DNA of 64,000 nucleotides from Candidatus Levyibacteriota bacterium (GCA_009695045.1 SIBS01000003.1:10561-74560); one strand, 5' to 3'. Shown: positions 40,004 through 50,715, counted from the stretch's first letter. Numbers and translations are program-made. The notes: generated by a model not told the origin, from the letters alone.

Positions 40004-40549
40004 ATGGAAAATAATCAACTAGAAATGTGTCCTAAATGCAATAATCCACTTAATGAAATTACAACTACTGCGACTGGAAAACAGTTACAACGATGCTCGA
40101 GTGGATCTTGGGATTCAGGAACAAGAAGCACTACTGGATGTGATTATGTAAAGTGGCTCGAAACGCCTCCACAGCAACTAGAAGAAATGTGTCCTAAATG
40201 CAATAATCCACTTATGATGGTAGTTACTCGTTTTGGCAAAAAAATGAAAAAATGTAGCACTAATTCATGGAATAAAGAAACAAAGAAATCAGAAGGTTGT
40301 GATTATATTGAATGGATTAATGGAACAACTGAACCATTAGATGAAGAATGCCCACAATGTGAATCAAAACTCGTACTCTACACAACTACTAGTGGCAAAA
40401 AAATGAAAAAATGCTCGACTGCTGGATGGGATAAGAATAATAAACAACCAACTGGTTGCACATATGTTCAATGGCTTAAGGCAGCTGACTATGTAGGTAA
40501 ATATGATAATGGTGGAGAAGAATTTTTACCACCAGAACCAGATATATAA
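40004..40549 (+). CDS. protein of three tandem topoisomerase-type C4 zinc-ribbon repeats (YrdD-like)
   Basis: 3x CPKCNNPL...K(C)S..W......GC.Y..W repeats of about 55 aa. Confidence 0.6.
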   Translation: MENNQLEMCPKCNNPLNEITTTATGKQLQRCSSGSWDSGTRSTTGCDYVKWLETPPQQLEEMCPKCNNPLMMVVTRFGKKMKKCSTNSWNKETKKSEGCDYIEWINGTTEPLDEECPQCESKLVLYTTTSGKKMKKCSTAGWDKNNKQPTGCTYVQWLKAADYVGKYDNGGEEFLPPEPDI

Positions 40550-40551
40550 GT

Positions 40552-40893
40552 ATGAATATTAAGAAAAATCAAGACCTTAAAATAGAAGATATTAGCGAAG
40601 GTGAAGGATCTACAGTTAAAGATGGAGATACTGTAGTTATACATTATACTGGATGGCTTGAAGATGGTACAAAATTTGATTCCTCATATGACAGAAAAGA
40701 ACCATTTGAAACTAAAATAGGTGCTGGCTATGTTATTAAGGGATGGGATATGGGAGTTCCGGGAATGAAAGTAGGTAGTAAAAGAAAGCTAACGATACCA
40801 CATGAGTTAGGTTATGGTAAATATGGTGCAGGTGAAACAATTCCAGGATCAGCAACGCTAATTTTTGAAGTAGAATTGTTAAGAATAAAGTAG
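40552..40893 (+). CDS. FKBP-type peptidyl-prolyl cis-trans isomerase
   Basis: VVIHYTGWLEDGTKFDSSYDR...GWDMGVPGMKVGSKRKLTIPHELGYG. Confidence 0.9.
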   Translation: MNIKKNQDLKIEDISEGEGSTVKDGDTVVIHYTGWLEDGTKFDSSYDRKEPFETKIGAGYVIKGWDMGVPGMKVGSKRKLTIPHELGYGKYGAGETIPGSATLIFEVELLRIK

Positions 40894-41074
40894 TATTTCT
40901 TCTAACTTAAATAGTAGATATAGTATTCAATCTTCTGACATGGGTTTTCTAAAATTATATTGGCTCATAAATAGTATTTTATACTGCCTATTTTGTGGCT
41001 TAAATATCATATTTTTATGATATTTTTATTTTTTACTGAATTGATAAGATAAATATTTTTAATGATTTCTAAAA

Positions 41075-41620
41075 ATGAAAGATAAAACAAAAAAATCAGT
41101 TTTACAAATTGTAATTATAATAATTGTAATTATAATAATTGGCCATAGTGCAGCAAATAAAGTGCGTATTATTTCTCCGCTACCATCAGCTAGTTATGAT
41201 TTTAAAAAACTAGGAATTATTAGCTGGGTCACTCAAGTTATTAAAAATATGACTTCAGAAGATAAAAATAACAAAATACGTATTTTATCAACCAATATAC
41301 CCGACCTTAAAACGAATAATAATAAAAAAGTATATGAAAAAGATAATAATACAGATATGTTTGAAGAGGATAATAATACAAATATACTTGAACAGTCTGT
41401 TGAAAATGATACTTTAATTCAAGATATAAAAGTACCTAATGACATAATTAAAAATCCTCAAGTAATTCTTAATATAGCAAAGACTTTTTATGAAAGTAAA
41501 AAAATAGAATATGAAAAATTAATAGAAAAAACAATCAAAAATATTCCAATAATATCTGATAATCCTAATGAAGAAATTAGCAATTGTGAACAATTAGATA
41601 AAATTTACAATAAATTATAA
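41075..41620 (+). CDS. hypothetical membrane-anchored protein
   Basis: N-terminal TM helix; Asn-rich. Confidence 0.4.
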   Translation: MKDKTKKSVLQIVIIIIVIIIIGHSAANKVRIISPLPSASYDFKKLGIISWVTQVIKNMTSEDKNNKIRILSTNIPDLKTNNNKKVYEKDNNTDMFEEDNNTNILEQSVENDTLIQDIKVPNDIIKNPQVILNIAKTFYESKKIEYEKLIEKTIKNIPIISDNPNEEISNCEQLDKIYNKL

Positions 41621-41633
41621 TTAACTATAAATA

Positions 41634-42884
41634 ATGAAATTAAACCATAAAAATAATATAAAAATAAATAAATTTTCTGCCTTACAACATAGAGATTTTA
41701 GACTTCTTTGGATCGGTCAACTTATTTCTAATACCGGATCACAGATGCAAATAGTTGCTTTAAATTGGCACATATATTTACTAACTAATTCTGCTGTTGC
41801 ATTGGGGCTGATTGGTCTTTCAAGATTTATTCCAGTTGTTATATTTTCATTAATTGGTGGCTCTTTTGCAGACTCTCATAATAGAAAAAAAATCATGTTT
41901 TATTCACAATCTATTATGGCAATATTTTCTATTATATTGACTATTGCAACATTCACAAATAATGTAACGCCATTAATAATTTATTCCATAACTATAGGAA
42001 GTTTTATTGCATTTTCTTTTGATCTACCTGCTCGTCAAGCTCTAATACCCAGCTTAATAAATAAGAAAGATTTTACCAACGCAATGAGTCTTAATTCCAT
42101 TATGTTTCAGATATCAGCTATTTTAGGGCCTGGCCTTGTTGGTTTTGTTATTGCAGAATTTGGTATTGGAAGTGTTTATGCATTTAATTCTTTATCTTTT
42201 ATGGCAGTTATAATTGCGCTCTTATTAATGCGCTCAGATGGTGCTATCAATGGAAAATCAACACCCGTATCTATTACAAGCATATTGGAAGGATTAAGAT
42301 TCGTTGCTTCAAGGACAATTATTTGGTCAACTATGCTTTTAGATTTTTTTGGAACATTCTTTTCCTCTGCAACTGCACTTTTACCAATTTTTGCAAAAGA
42401 TATATTACATGTTGGACCGCGAGAGCTTGGATTTTTATATGCTGGTCCTGCTATTGGTGCACTTATTGCTGGATATATCATTGCTCATATGGAAAAGATT
42501 AATAATCAGGGAAGAATATTAATATATGGAGTAATATGTTATGGTTTCGCTACTATGCTTTTTGGGTTATCTACATTTTTTTGGCTATCTTTTATTTCAC
42601 TTATTATTTTAGGCATAGGTGATGCAATAAGCGCAATTATTCGAAATATTGCAAGACAATTAGAAACTCCTGATTACATTCGTGGTCGCATGATTGCAAT
42701 AAATATGATTTTTTTTCTAGGAGGACCTCAGTTAGGAGAATTTGAAGCTGGAATTTTGGCAGCTAATGTTGGTGCTCCAGTATCCGTAGTTATTGGAGGA
42801 ATTAGTACAGTTATTTTTGCTGGAATTATTGCACTTAAAATTCCTGACTTAATAAATTATAAAGGACATGAAAATAAACAATAA
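41634..42884 (+). CDS. MFS-type transporter
   Basis: 12-TM MFS organisation. Confidence 0.75.
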   Translation: MKLNHKNNIKINKFSALQHRDFRLLWIGQLISNTGSQMQIVALNWHIYLLTNSAVALGLIGLSRFIPVVIFSLIGGSFADSHNRKKIMFYSQSIMAIFSIILTIATFTNNVTPLIIYSITIGSFIAFSFDLPARQALIPSLINKKDFTNAMSLNSIMFQISAILGPGLVGFVIAEFGIGSVYAFNSLSFMAVIIALLLMRSDGAINGKSTPVSITSILEGLRFVASRTIIWSTMLLDFFGTFFSSATALLPIFAKDILHVGPRELGFLYAGPAIGALIAGYIIAHMEKINNQGRILIYGVICYGFATMLFGLSTFFWLSFISLIILGIGDAISAIIRNIARQLETPDYIRGRMIAINMIFFLGGPQLGEFEAGILAANVGAPVSVVIGGISTVIFAGIIALKIPDLINYKGHENKQ

Positions 42885-42885
42885 A

Positions 42886-42923
42886 AAAGCATCCTCTTTT
42901 CATAATAGTAAGAAGATGCTTTA
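42886..42923. terminator. bidirectional hairpin between convergent genes
   Basis: aagcatcctctt-N12-aagaagatgctt inverted repeat. Confidence 0.45.
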
Positions 42924-42950
42924 AGGAATATAAATTCTATTATCCTAAAA

Positions 42951-43145
42951 TCACTTTTTTTTCCCTACAAGAAGCAAAACCGTAGATGCTCCTACGAGTA
43001 CGTAAACTAATGTAACAAGCATTGGTACACTACCAAACAATGCTTCAACTAAATTGAGATTAAACGCAACCATACCCCAGTTTAATCCACCCACGATAAC
43101 TAAATAATAAGCGACTTTATTAACTAATTTAATATCTAAATTCAT
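42951..43145 (-). CDS. DUF378-family small membrane protein
   Basis: GGLNWGMVAF motif, 64 aa, two TM helices. Confidence 0.7.
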   Translation of the reverse strand: MNLDIKLVNKVAYYLVIVGGLNWGMVAFNLNLVEALFGSVPMLVTLVYVLVGASTVLLLVGKKK

Positions 43146-43286
43146 TTATATCACCCCCTTTCATTATTCTAATTTTTATTTCAGAAATCAATCGATTTAA
43201 ATTCATAATAAAATCGTATACTTATTAAAATGATACGTCAAGTACTCATTAAATGAATATAAGGAAATATCACGGAAGATTAAAAT

Positions 43287-43784
43287 TTATTTCACTATCA
43301 AGTTTCCAACCATGCCAATTTTTCTATGATTACCTATACTACAATAAAATTCAAACTTACCAATTTTATCAGCAACAAATGTTATTTTTTGATTTTTACC
43401 AGCTGAAAGCGACTCTGTCCTAGCATTGAATTCATCAATTACAAAATCATGAACACCTTCTTCATTATTAAATATTATTTCTACATTGTCATCTTTATTT
43501 ACTTTTATTTCCTTAGGAGAAAAAGAGAAATTTTTTCCAATAACTATAAATGATTTTACGGAAATTTTTTCCTTAATTGTTGCTTCTGTATTACTTACAG
43601 AATTATCTTCACTTAAGGGGGATTTTTCAATTATGCCTGCTGAGGTAGAAGAAATTATTTCAGATTGAACTTTCCTATCTCTTACTCCATTATTGTATAT
43701 TAAAAACATAACCATGCTTATAATAAAAATAATTAAAATTACAACCAATACTATATATTTTGCATTATTTTTCTTAGTATCCAT
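43287..43784 (-). CDS. membrane-anchored cupredoxin-like (type-1 copper-like) domain protein
   Basis: GVHDFVIDEF...FEFYCSIGNHRKIGMVGNLIV: H...C-x4-H-x4-M ligand pattern. Confidence 0.5.
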   Translation of the reverse strand: MDTKKNNAKYIVLVVILIIFIISMVMFLIYNNGVRDRKVQSEIISSTSAGIIEKSPLSEDNSVSNTEATIKEKISVKSFIVIGKNFSFSPKEIKVNKDDNVEIIFNNEEGVHDFVIDEFNARTESLSAGKNQKITFVADKIGKFEFYCSIGNHRKIGMVGNLIVK

Positions 43785-43894
43785 GTTATAAATATATACT
43801 ACTTAATCTATTTCTGCAAATACATATTTTTGATATTAACAGTAATTGAGATTTATTTTTTTATATTTCATAAATAAGAAGATATAATAATATT

Positions 43895-45253
43895 CTATCT
43901 TGATAGATTATTACACATATTTTCTACTTTTTTCCAAAACAATGATACTCCACCAGACTGCATTTCTTCTACATTATAGTCTGTTGAAAGTGGATGTGGC
44001 TTACAGTTCATCATTGCGGAAAGTATGCCTTCTCGCATTGCCCAATTGATAAGCGAGCTAGCAACAATTGGGTCATCGGGCAAACAGAAGCCTCTCCATC
44101 CACCAGCTTTTTGAAGCATCTCTCCACCGGATTCATCTACTAGCGGCTTGTCTCTTCCTGCATATTCCCATAATAAATTATTAACTGAAATATGAGGGAT
44201 TAAATTACTGCGACGTAGAAAATTTAAATTATCCTTCTCTTGTCTACCGATTGGCTCTGAAAAAAGCAATAATGATGCACCCTGCATGGTGCATTCGAGC
44301 AGTGCTTTAAATGACTGCTCACTTGGCTTAGTTATTTCCAATGAAATCGGAAATTCTTTATAAATCTCTTCATACTTATGCACAATCTCCTTATCCTGAG
44401 ATGAAACAGTAATATCAACATATGACCTTTTAAGCATTTGTGAAAGAAAATTACGCACATATGGAGCATCTTTTGAAATAATATGAAATAAAAAACGATG
44501 AGATTTTTGATGTAATGAATCAATAAGCTTTGCATAATAATCTGTTCCCACAGCAGCTCCCGAAACCGGAATCATAACATGAATTGTTTTATTGTTTTTA
44601 TTATCAACTTGAGAGATTCTATCTTCCATGTATTCTTTTGAAATATTTTTTTCAAGCAAGGGACTAATCGGATACGGAGAGACTTCAATATTTATCTCTT
44701 CTTTTGTCTTTTTTTTTGCATATTTCAAAAGACTATTTTTCGTTTTTCTACTTGGAACAAAGGTTATATCTGCTTCCTTTATAAACCAGATATGAAGAGG
44801 GCTATCATCTGTTACTTGAACAATTAAAATAATTTGTATTTCTTTTTCTTTTTCTAATTTTTTTTTAATTGATCCTATTTGTTGAGCCAAGCCGAAATGA
44901 GTTGCAATAATAATGACCCTGCTTGGTTGCTCAATATTTTGATCAATAATTGTTAAGATTTGTTCATAAATTTGCTTGGTATGTGAGCGTAAAAACAAAT
45001 TATAATAAAATGTAGAAATATCTTCCATAAGTCCCTGCTCGGCCCATTGAGTAATGGCCCTAGTTATAGGATGAAAACTCATAATTCTATGTAGAAATGT
45101 AATCGCTTTATCCTGTGAGCCTAAAAGTAATGGAAATATCTTATTTGGAAGACCTTCATATAAAGCATTTGTAACGCGTAGGTGACCAAGTCCTGCAGGA
45201 GCAAAAGCAAAAATAAAAATAGTTGATTTATCAGCAAAAATAGAAGTTTTCAT
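43895..45253 (-). CDS. GT-B glycosyltransferase, possibly MGDG-synthase/UgtP-like (GT28)
   Basis: N-terminal IFIFAFAPAGLGHLRVTNALYEGL resembles the GGGH motif of the MGDG-synthase N-domain. Weak call. Confidence 0.35.
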   Translation of the reverse strand: MKTSIFADKSTIFIFAFAPAGLGHLRVTNALYEGLPNKIFPLLLGSQDKAITFLHRIMSFHPITRAITQWAEQGLMEDISTFYYNLFLRSHTKQIYEQILTIIDQNIEQPSRVIIIATHFGLAQQIGSIKKKLEKEKEIQIILIVQVTDDSPLHIWFIKEADITFVPSRKTKNSLLKYAKKKTKEEINIEVSPYPISPLLEKNISKEYMEDRISQVDNKNNKTIHVMIPVSGAAVGTDYYAKLIDSLHQKSHRFLFHIISKDAPYVRNFLSQMLKRSYVDITVSSQDKEIVHKYEEIYKEFPISLEITKPSEQSFKALLECTMQGASLLLFSEPIGRQEKDNLNFLRRSNLIPHISVNNLLWEYAGRDKPLVDESGGEMLQKAGGWRGFCLPDDPIVASSLINWAMREGILSAMMNCKPHPLSTDYNVEEMQSGGVSLFWKKVENMCNNLSR

Positions 45254-45358
45254 TTATATATAATAACTATACTATCAGAAAAAAAAGCTATCAACAAAGC
45301 AGTAATTATACAATATAACTATTTATCATTAACTATACTTAAATAAGTAAATAAAAAT

Positions 45359-46828
45359 TTATTTCAATTTTCGAGGAATAGTTACTCCATTTTTATCTTC
45401 AATGATGTATCCTTCTTTTCTTAATTCTTCCCTAATCTTATCTGCATCTTGATATTTACCTTCTTTTCGTAAAATTGTTCGCTTAACGATTAGCTCATTT
45501 ATATTATCAGGAACAGATATATATATCTCTTTTATGTGTCTATTCCTTGTAATATCTAGGCCGAGAACTTCATCGAATTTCATAATACTAGCCAATTTTT
45601 CACCATCCGATCGCCTTGACTTTATAAGCTCCCATACAATTGCAAGCGCCCTAGGCATATCTAGATCGTTTTGCAAAGCATCTATAAATCTCTGCTCATA
45701 AACTTTATCTCCATGATTTTTATCTTCCGAAAGATTCGCAACTTCGTCCCTTAAGTGAACGAGTGCATTATGCGATGCTTCTAATGAACCCCATGTAAAA
45801 TTCATCTCTTGACGATAATGTGTTTGCAAATATAAATAACGAAGAGCCAATGGATCAAAGCCATTTTTTGTAACATCTTCCATTATGTAATTATTTCCCA
45901 AGCTCTTGCTCATTTTTTTACCATCAACCAGAATAAATGCCCCATGCACCCAATATTTTACAAATTTTTTTCCAGTAGCTCCTTCTGCTTGTGCAATTTC
46001 ATTTTGATGATGTATTGACTGTAAATCAATTCCACCTAAGTGAATATCAATCGTCTGACTATTTTCGGCATGAAATTTTCCTTCATCAAATATACCTAAC
46101 GAAAGATATTTTAAGCTCATCGCACTACATTCTATGTGCCATCCAGGAAATCCTTTTCCCCAAGGAGAGTCCCACTCCATTTGTCTTTTTTTATGAACAG
46201 CTTCATGTCCAGATAGGGATTTTTCCTTAGAATTGGAAAACTTCCATAATGCAAAATCACGGGAACTTCTCTTTTCTTTATTTATCTCAACACGCGCACC
46301 ATCTCTTACCTCATCTAATGTTGATAATTCGCCATATTCTGGAAATTTAATTGTGTCAAAATATATTCCATCAGTTATCTGATATGTAAATCCTTCTTCT
46401 TCTAACTTTTTTATTAAAACAATTTGTTCAGGAATGTTTTCTGTAGCTTTTGCAAAAATTAGAGGTTTTTCCAATCTAAGTAATTCATAATCTTTAATGA
46501 ATGCATCTGTATAGAATTGGGCTATTTCCCATGCATTTTTTCCAAGACGTTTAGCCGATTTTTCCATCTTATCTTCACCAGAATCTGCATCACCAAAATT
46601 ATCACCAGTAAGATGACCAACATCCGTGATATTCATAACATATGTTACCTGTAATTTACAAAATCTGAGAGTTCGAAGAAGTACATCAGAAAGTATATAA
46701 GTCCTAAAATTACCAATAGTCGCATAATCATATACCGTTGGACCACAGGCATACATAGTCACCCTAAGTGGACTTGATGGGTGAAATGACTCTATTTTTT
46801 TTGTAAGTGAATTATATATCCTTAACAT
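45359..46828 (-). CDS. cysS: cysteinyl-tRNA synthetase
   Basis: MYACGPTVYDYATIGNFRT (HIGH-like) and KMSKSLGN. The start is trimmed to MLRIYNSL, which aligns to E. coli MLKIFNTL. Confidence 0.9.
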   Translation of the reverse strand: MLRIYNSLTKKIESFHPSSPLRVTMYACGPTVYDYATIGNFRTYILSDVLLRTLRFCKLQVTYVMNITDVGHLTGDNFGDADSGEDKMEKSAKRLGKNAWEIAQFYTDAFIKDYELLRLEKPLIFAKATENIPEQIVLIKKLEEEGFTYQITDGIYFDTIKFPEYGELSTLDEVRDGARVEINKEKRSSRDFALWKFSNSKEKSLSGHEAVHKKRQMEWDSPWGKGFPGWHIECSAMSLKYLSLGIFDEGKFHAENSQTIDIHLGGIDLQSIHHQNEIAQAEGATGKKFVKYWVHGAFILVDGKKMSKSLGNNYIMEDVTKNGFDPLALRYLYLQTHYRQEMNFTWGSLEASHNALVHLRDEVANLSEDKNHGDKVYEQRFIDALQNDLDMPRALAIVWELIKSRRSDGEKLASIMKFDEVLGLDITRNRHIKEIYISVPDNINELIVKRTILRKEGKYQDADKIREELRKEGYIIEDKNGVTIPRKLK

Positions 46829-46914
46829 GTATTGAGCGATAAGTAGTAAGTATAGAGTATTAAATAAAAATAGCAAGATACTTATTAGATAAACTAATCA
46901 TATTATATACTTTT

Positions 46915-47409
46915 TTACCCACTAACGCCTCTATTTGCCTCAGTTGATCTTTCAGCACGATCTACTGAGATTGGTTTTTCTTTTGCTTTTTTCTCTTCTT
47001 TCTTTTGCAGATCTTGCTCCTCTAATCTTTCTATTCTTTCTGCAGGTTTTTCAACTTCCTCCATTGTTTTCTGACGCGTTATTAATTTTTGATAATATTC
47101 ACTATGTAGAATTTGTCTAAGCTTAGCTAGGTGTTTTTCATCTTCTGCATTTTTCGAATCCATGTCTGGCATCGGAGGCGCATCTTCGCCCGAAGAATAT
47201 GCATAGAGGTTTTTCACAAACTCTCGTGTCTGTTCTTGAGATTTTAATTCTGCTTCTGGATCACTAGTGGTAGATGTTTTTGCTATTTGACTAGAAGTTT
47301 CCTTAATTAATTCTACGGGCGAATTTACTATTTGCTTTGCTACCTGCTTTACTACTTGGCCAACTTGGCCAACGGAATCTCTAATTACTCCATTTCCCAA
47401 AATATTCAT
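46915..47409 (-). CDS. hypothetical charged coiled-coil protein
   Basis: ORF only. Confidence 0.4.
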   Translation of the reverse strand: MNILGNGVIRDSVGQVGQVVKQVAKQIVNSPVELIKETSSQIAKTSTTSDPEAELKSQEQTREFVKNLYAYSSGEDAPPMPDMDSKNAEDEKHLAKLRQILHSEYYQKLITRQKTMEEVEKPAERIERLEEQDLQKKEEKKAKEKPISVDRAERSTEANRGVSG

Positions 47410-47460
47410 AAATTAAGTGTAACAAGGGAGAATATCAGTGTAAAGATATAAAATAAATAT

Positions 47461-47769
47461 CTATCGAATTATTCCAAGCATTTCTTTTGCATCATCAGTG
47501 AGTTTTTCAGGATCCCATGCTGGCTCCCATACTAAAGTAATTTTTACATCTTTTACTCCTTCAACTTTTTTCCCAGCCGCTGGAACCAACTCTTCAAAAA
47601 CAAATGACAATGGACACCCAGGAGTTGTAAGAGTCATAATAATTTCCACAAATCCCTTCTCTTGATCAATAATAATATTATAAATTAATCCTAAATCAAC
47701 AATATTAATTTTAATTTCTGGATCAATTACATCTTTTAACTGTTCCAATATTTGATCTTTTGTAATCAT
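47461..47769 (-). CDS. DUF59/MIP18-family Fe-S assembly protein (SufT-like)
   Basis: DPEIKINIVDLGLIY...TLTTPGCPL. Confidence 0.8.
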   Translation of the reverse strand: MITKDQILEQLKDVIDPEIKINIVDLGLIYNIIIDQEKGFVEIIMTLTTPGCPLSFVFEELVPAAGKKVEGVKDVKITLVWEPAWDPEKLTDDAKEMLGIIR

Positions 47770-47818
47770 AAATTTTAATTAATTAAATATTTATATTTAT
47801 TATATATCTAAATAAATA

Positions 47819-48445
47819 TCAATATTTACTTCTTCCATCCATTGCTCGTTGAAGAGTAATTTCATCTGCATATTCAATATCTGCACCAGTTGGTAAACCT
47901 CTTCCAATTCTACTAATTATAAGATCTTTCATAAAGAGGTCAGATTTTTTATCAATAGATATCTTTAGCTGTTTTGCAATATACATTGCGGTTGCTTCTC
48001 CCTCCATTGTTGGATTTGTTGAGATAACTACTTCTGATACGTTTCCGTTTTGAACACGATTGACTAATTGCTTTATATAAATCTCGTCTGGTCCAATATT
48101 ATTAAGTGGATCAATCTTGCCATGCAATACATGGTAAACCCCATTAAATTTACCACTTTTTTCCAAAGCCATTACGTCCAATGGTTGCTCTACGACACAA
48201 ATAAAAGTTTGATCCCTCTGCTTATCTGAACAAATACTGCAAGGATCTAGGTCGCCAACAGTAAAACAAATAGAACAAAGCACAGTATCTTTACGTAGAT
48301 TTTCCAAAGCTTTAGCAAATCTATCTAACTCAGCCTGTGGTACATGTAGTAAATAAAATGTGAGTCGTTGTGCAGATTTAGGACCAATACCTGGAAGTTT
48401 TTCAAAAGATTCAATTACATTCTGGATTGCTCTTGGAATTTTCAT
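47819..48445 (-). CDS. recR: recombination protein RecR
   Basis: LPGIGPKSAQRL HhH, C4 zinc finger CSICF...CSIC, and Toprim domain. Confidence 0.9.
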   Translation of the reverse strand: MKIPRAIQNVIESFEKLPGIGPKSAQRLTFYLLHVPQAELDRFAKALENLRKDTVLCSICFTVGDLDPCSICSDKQRDQTFICVVEQPLDVMALEKSGKFNGVYHVLHGKIDPLNNIGPDEIYIKQLVNRVQNGNVSEVVISTNPTMEGEATAMYIAKQLKISIDKKSDLFMKDLIISRIGRGLPTGADIEYADEITLQRAMDGRSKY

Positions 48446-48456
48446 ATATTTAAATA

Positions 48457-49356
48457 TTATTCTCTCAAATAATCTGCTATGAGTTCTGCAATAGATATTA
48501 TTTCAATTTTAGGAGAATTATCTTCTAATTTAACTGAAATACTATTGGTAACAAAAACTTTTGTAATTAAATCGTTATTAAGTCTTTTTACCGCATGATC
48601 AGAAAATACAGGATGAGTAGCAAAAACAATTATTTCCTTAACACCATTAAGATGCAATAATTCTGATCCAGCTAAGATAGTTTTACCAGAAGAAATCATA
48701 TCATCTATGATAATTGCCCTATTGCGCACTTCTCCAGTAACCACATTGGACTTAACTTCTCCAGTTAATAAATCTCTATTTTTATCGATAGTGGCAAAAG
48801 GCATATTGTCCAAAATTTCAGATATTTGCTTAATCCTACGGATACCTCCCATATCAGGTGATATAAGTATTGTATTTTCATTATTCCATCCTTCTTTTTT
48901 TATCCTATTTGCAAAAATAGACAATGCTGAAAGATGTATCATCGGAATTGAAAAAAGTTCTGGAATTTTTATTGAATGTAAATCTAAGACAACAATTTTA
49001 TCTATATTCATAGATTCAATTATTTTAATAATTACTTCGATAGAACGTGCTTCTCCATCGCGAAATACATGATCTTGTCTTTGATATCCAAGATAAGGAA
49101 CTACAATAGTTATACTTTTAGCACCAGATCTATTTATTGCATCAATCATAAAAAATAATTCCATATAATTTTGATCTATTGGCATACCCGCAGATTGAAT
49201 AATTATTACATCCTCATCTACAACATTTTCCAAAACACGAAGTCTTCTTTCTCCATCTGTAAAGACTGTCAACTCAAAAGACGAAAGGATAAGATTAATT
49301 GAAATTGCTATTTCTTCTGCTAAATCTATACTTGAACTACCACTAAAAATTTTCAT
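48457..49356 (-). CDS. prs: ribose-phosphate pyrophosphokinase (copy 1)
   Basis: KIFSGSS, FTDGE, PYLGYQRQD, DLHS, IIDDMISSGKT. Confidence 0.85.
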   Translation of the reverse strand: MKIFSGSSSIDLAEEIAISINLILSSFELTVFTDGERRLRVLENVVDEDVIIIQSAGMPIDQNYMELFFMIDAINRSGAKSITIVVPYLGYQRQDHVFRDGEARSIEVIIKIIESMNIDKIVVLDLHSIKIPELFSIPMIHLSALSIFANRIKKEGWNNENTILISPDMGGIRRIKQISEILDNMPFATIDKNRDLLTGEVKSNVVTGEVRNRAIIIDDMISSGKTILAGSELLHLNGVKEIIVFATHPVFSDHAVKRLNNDLITKVFVTNSISVKLEDNSPKIEIISIAELIADYLRE

Positions 49357-49360
49357 AATT

Positions 49361-50380
49361 TTATAATATTAAATCCTTACTAATTGACTCACCTGTCTGA
49401 GTTCTCCTAATTACTTCTGCCAATAATGGCGCCACTGAAGTAATAATAATTTTAGGATTAGTTACAACTTCTTCTCGATGTGATATGGTATCTGTAATTA
49501 TCACCTCATCAATCGGTGAATCTACTATTTTTCTTAATGCATCTCCAGAAAATAACCCATGAATTGCGACAGCTCGCACAGTCTTAGCTCCTCTTTGTTT
49601 AATTAAGCTAGCTGCTTTTGTTATTGATCCACCAGTATCAATCATATCATCAACTAACAAAACATTTTTTCCCATTACGTCTCCAATCATATCAAATGCT
49701 TCTGAATTATTGTTTATTGATAAATCACGCTCTTTAAATACTATTGCAACACCATCTGCTCCTAAAAATTGAGCGAACTTAGTAGCCCTAGGAACACCAC
49801 CCTTATCTGGTGAGGCAATTATTAAATTATCAAGTTTTCTTTTTTTAATTATTGGCAATAATGCATAACTACCATATAAATTATCCCACGGCATTTTTAC
49901 AAAACCTTGCTGTTGCTCAGAATGAATATCTACTGTAATTATTCTATCTGCTCCAGCATATTGAATAATTCCAGCAATTACCGATGCACTAATGGGAACC
50001 CTAGGCATTTCTTTTCTATCTTGTCTCGAATAACCAAAATATGGAATTAAAGCAGTAATTTCTCTTGCCGAAGATCTTTTGACTGCATCAATAAGTAGTA
50101 TTAGTTCCATTATACTATCATTCACCGGTATAGACATAGACTGAATTATGACAACATGTCTTTGTCGAAGATTATGCGGAATTTTTATACGTAGCTCGCC
50201 ATCAGAAAACTGACTAATTGGATTATCTAAATATTCTTCTTTTCCTAAAATTTTAGCTATATCTTTTGCAAGACGAATATTTGCTCGACCAGTAATAAGA
50301 ATTAAATCATCTGTTTTTGACTGCATTACATTAATAATCCTTGATGCTTTCTCATAGCTATCTAGATATTGTAACATCAA
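49361..50380 (-). CDS. prs: ribose-phosphate pyrophosphokinase (copy 2, tandem paralog)
   Basis: FSDGELRIKI, PYFGYSRQDRK, DIHS, LVDDMIDTGGS. Confidence 0.85.
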   Translation of the reverse strand: MMLQYLDSYEKASRIINVMQSKTDDLILITGRANIRLAKDIAKILGKEEYLDNPISQFSDGELRIKIPHNLRQRHVVIIQSMSIPVNDSIMELILLIDAVKRSSAREITALIPYFGYSRQDRKEMPRVPISASVIAGIIQYAGADRIITVDIHSEQQQGFVKMPWDNLYGSYALLPIIKKRKLDNLIIASPDKGGVPRATKFAQFLGADGVAIVFKERDLSINNNSEAFDMIGDVMGKNVLLVDDMIDTGGSITKAASLIKQRGAKTVRAVAIHGLFSGDALRKIVDSPIDEVIITDTISHREEVVTNPKIIITSVAPLLAEVIRRTQTGESISKDLIL

Positions 50381-50418
50381 GATTTTCCGTAATCAACGGG
50401 TGTGAATAATAAAAAATA

Positions 50419-50715
50419 TTACTTTCCTAATCCACCAAGTAATCCCCCTAGACCACCACTCATTGATTGAAGCTTCTTTGCAGCAATCTCTTGCGATTTT
50501 TTAACGGCTTCATTTACCGCATCTCTTATATCATTATCCGATCTATCATTGGAAGTTATTGATTTAATCTTTTGATCACCAGAAATTACAACAATTACTC
50601 CATGATTATTTATAGTAACTTCTTCTTGTTGAAGTTCTCTCTGAATAGACATCGCTTGATCGCGCATTTTTTTAAGTTCTCCTATTTGCTTAAATGGATT
50701 ATTCATATTATTCAC
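50419..50715 (-). CDS. ybaB: YbaB/EbfC nucleoid-associated protein
   Basis: 98 aa with a Gly-rich C-terminal tail; sits in the dnaX-ybaB-recR arrangement. Confidence 0.8.
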   Translation of the reverse strand: MNNMNNPFKQIGELKKMRDQAMSIQRELQQEEVTINNHGVIVVISGDQKIKSITSNDRSDNDIRDAVNEAVKKSQEIAAKKLQSMSGGLGGLLGGLGK

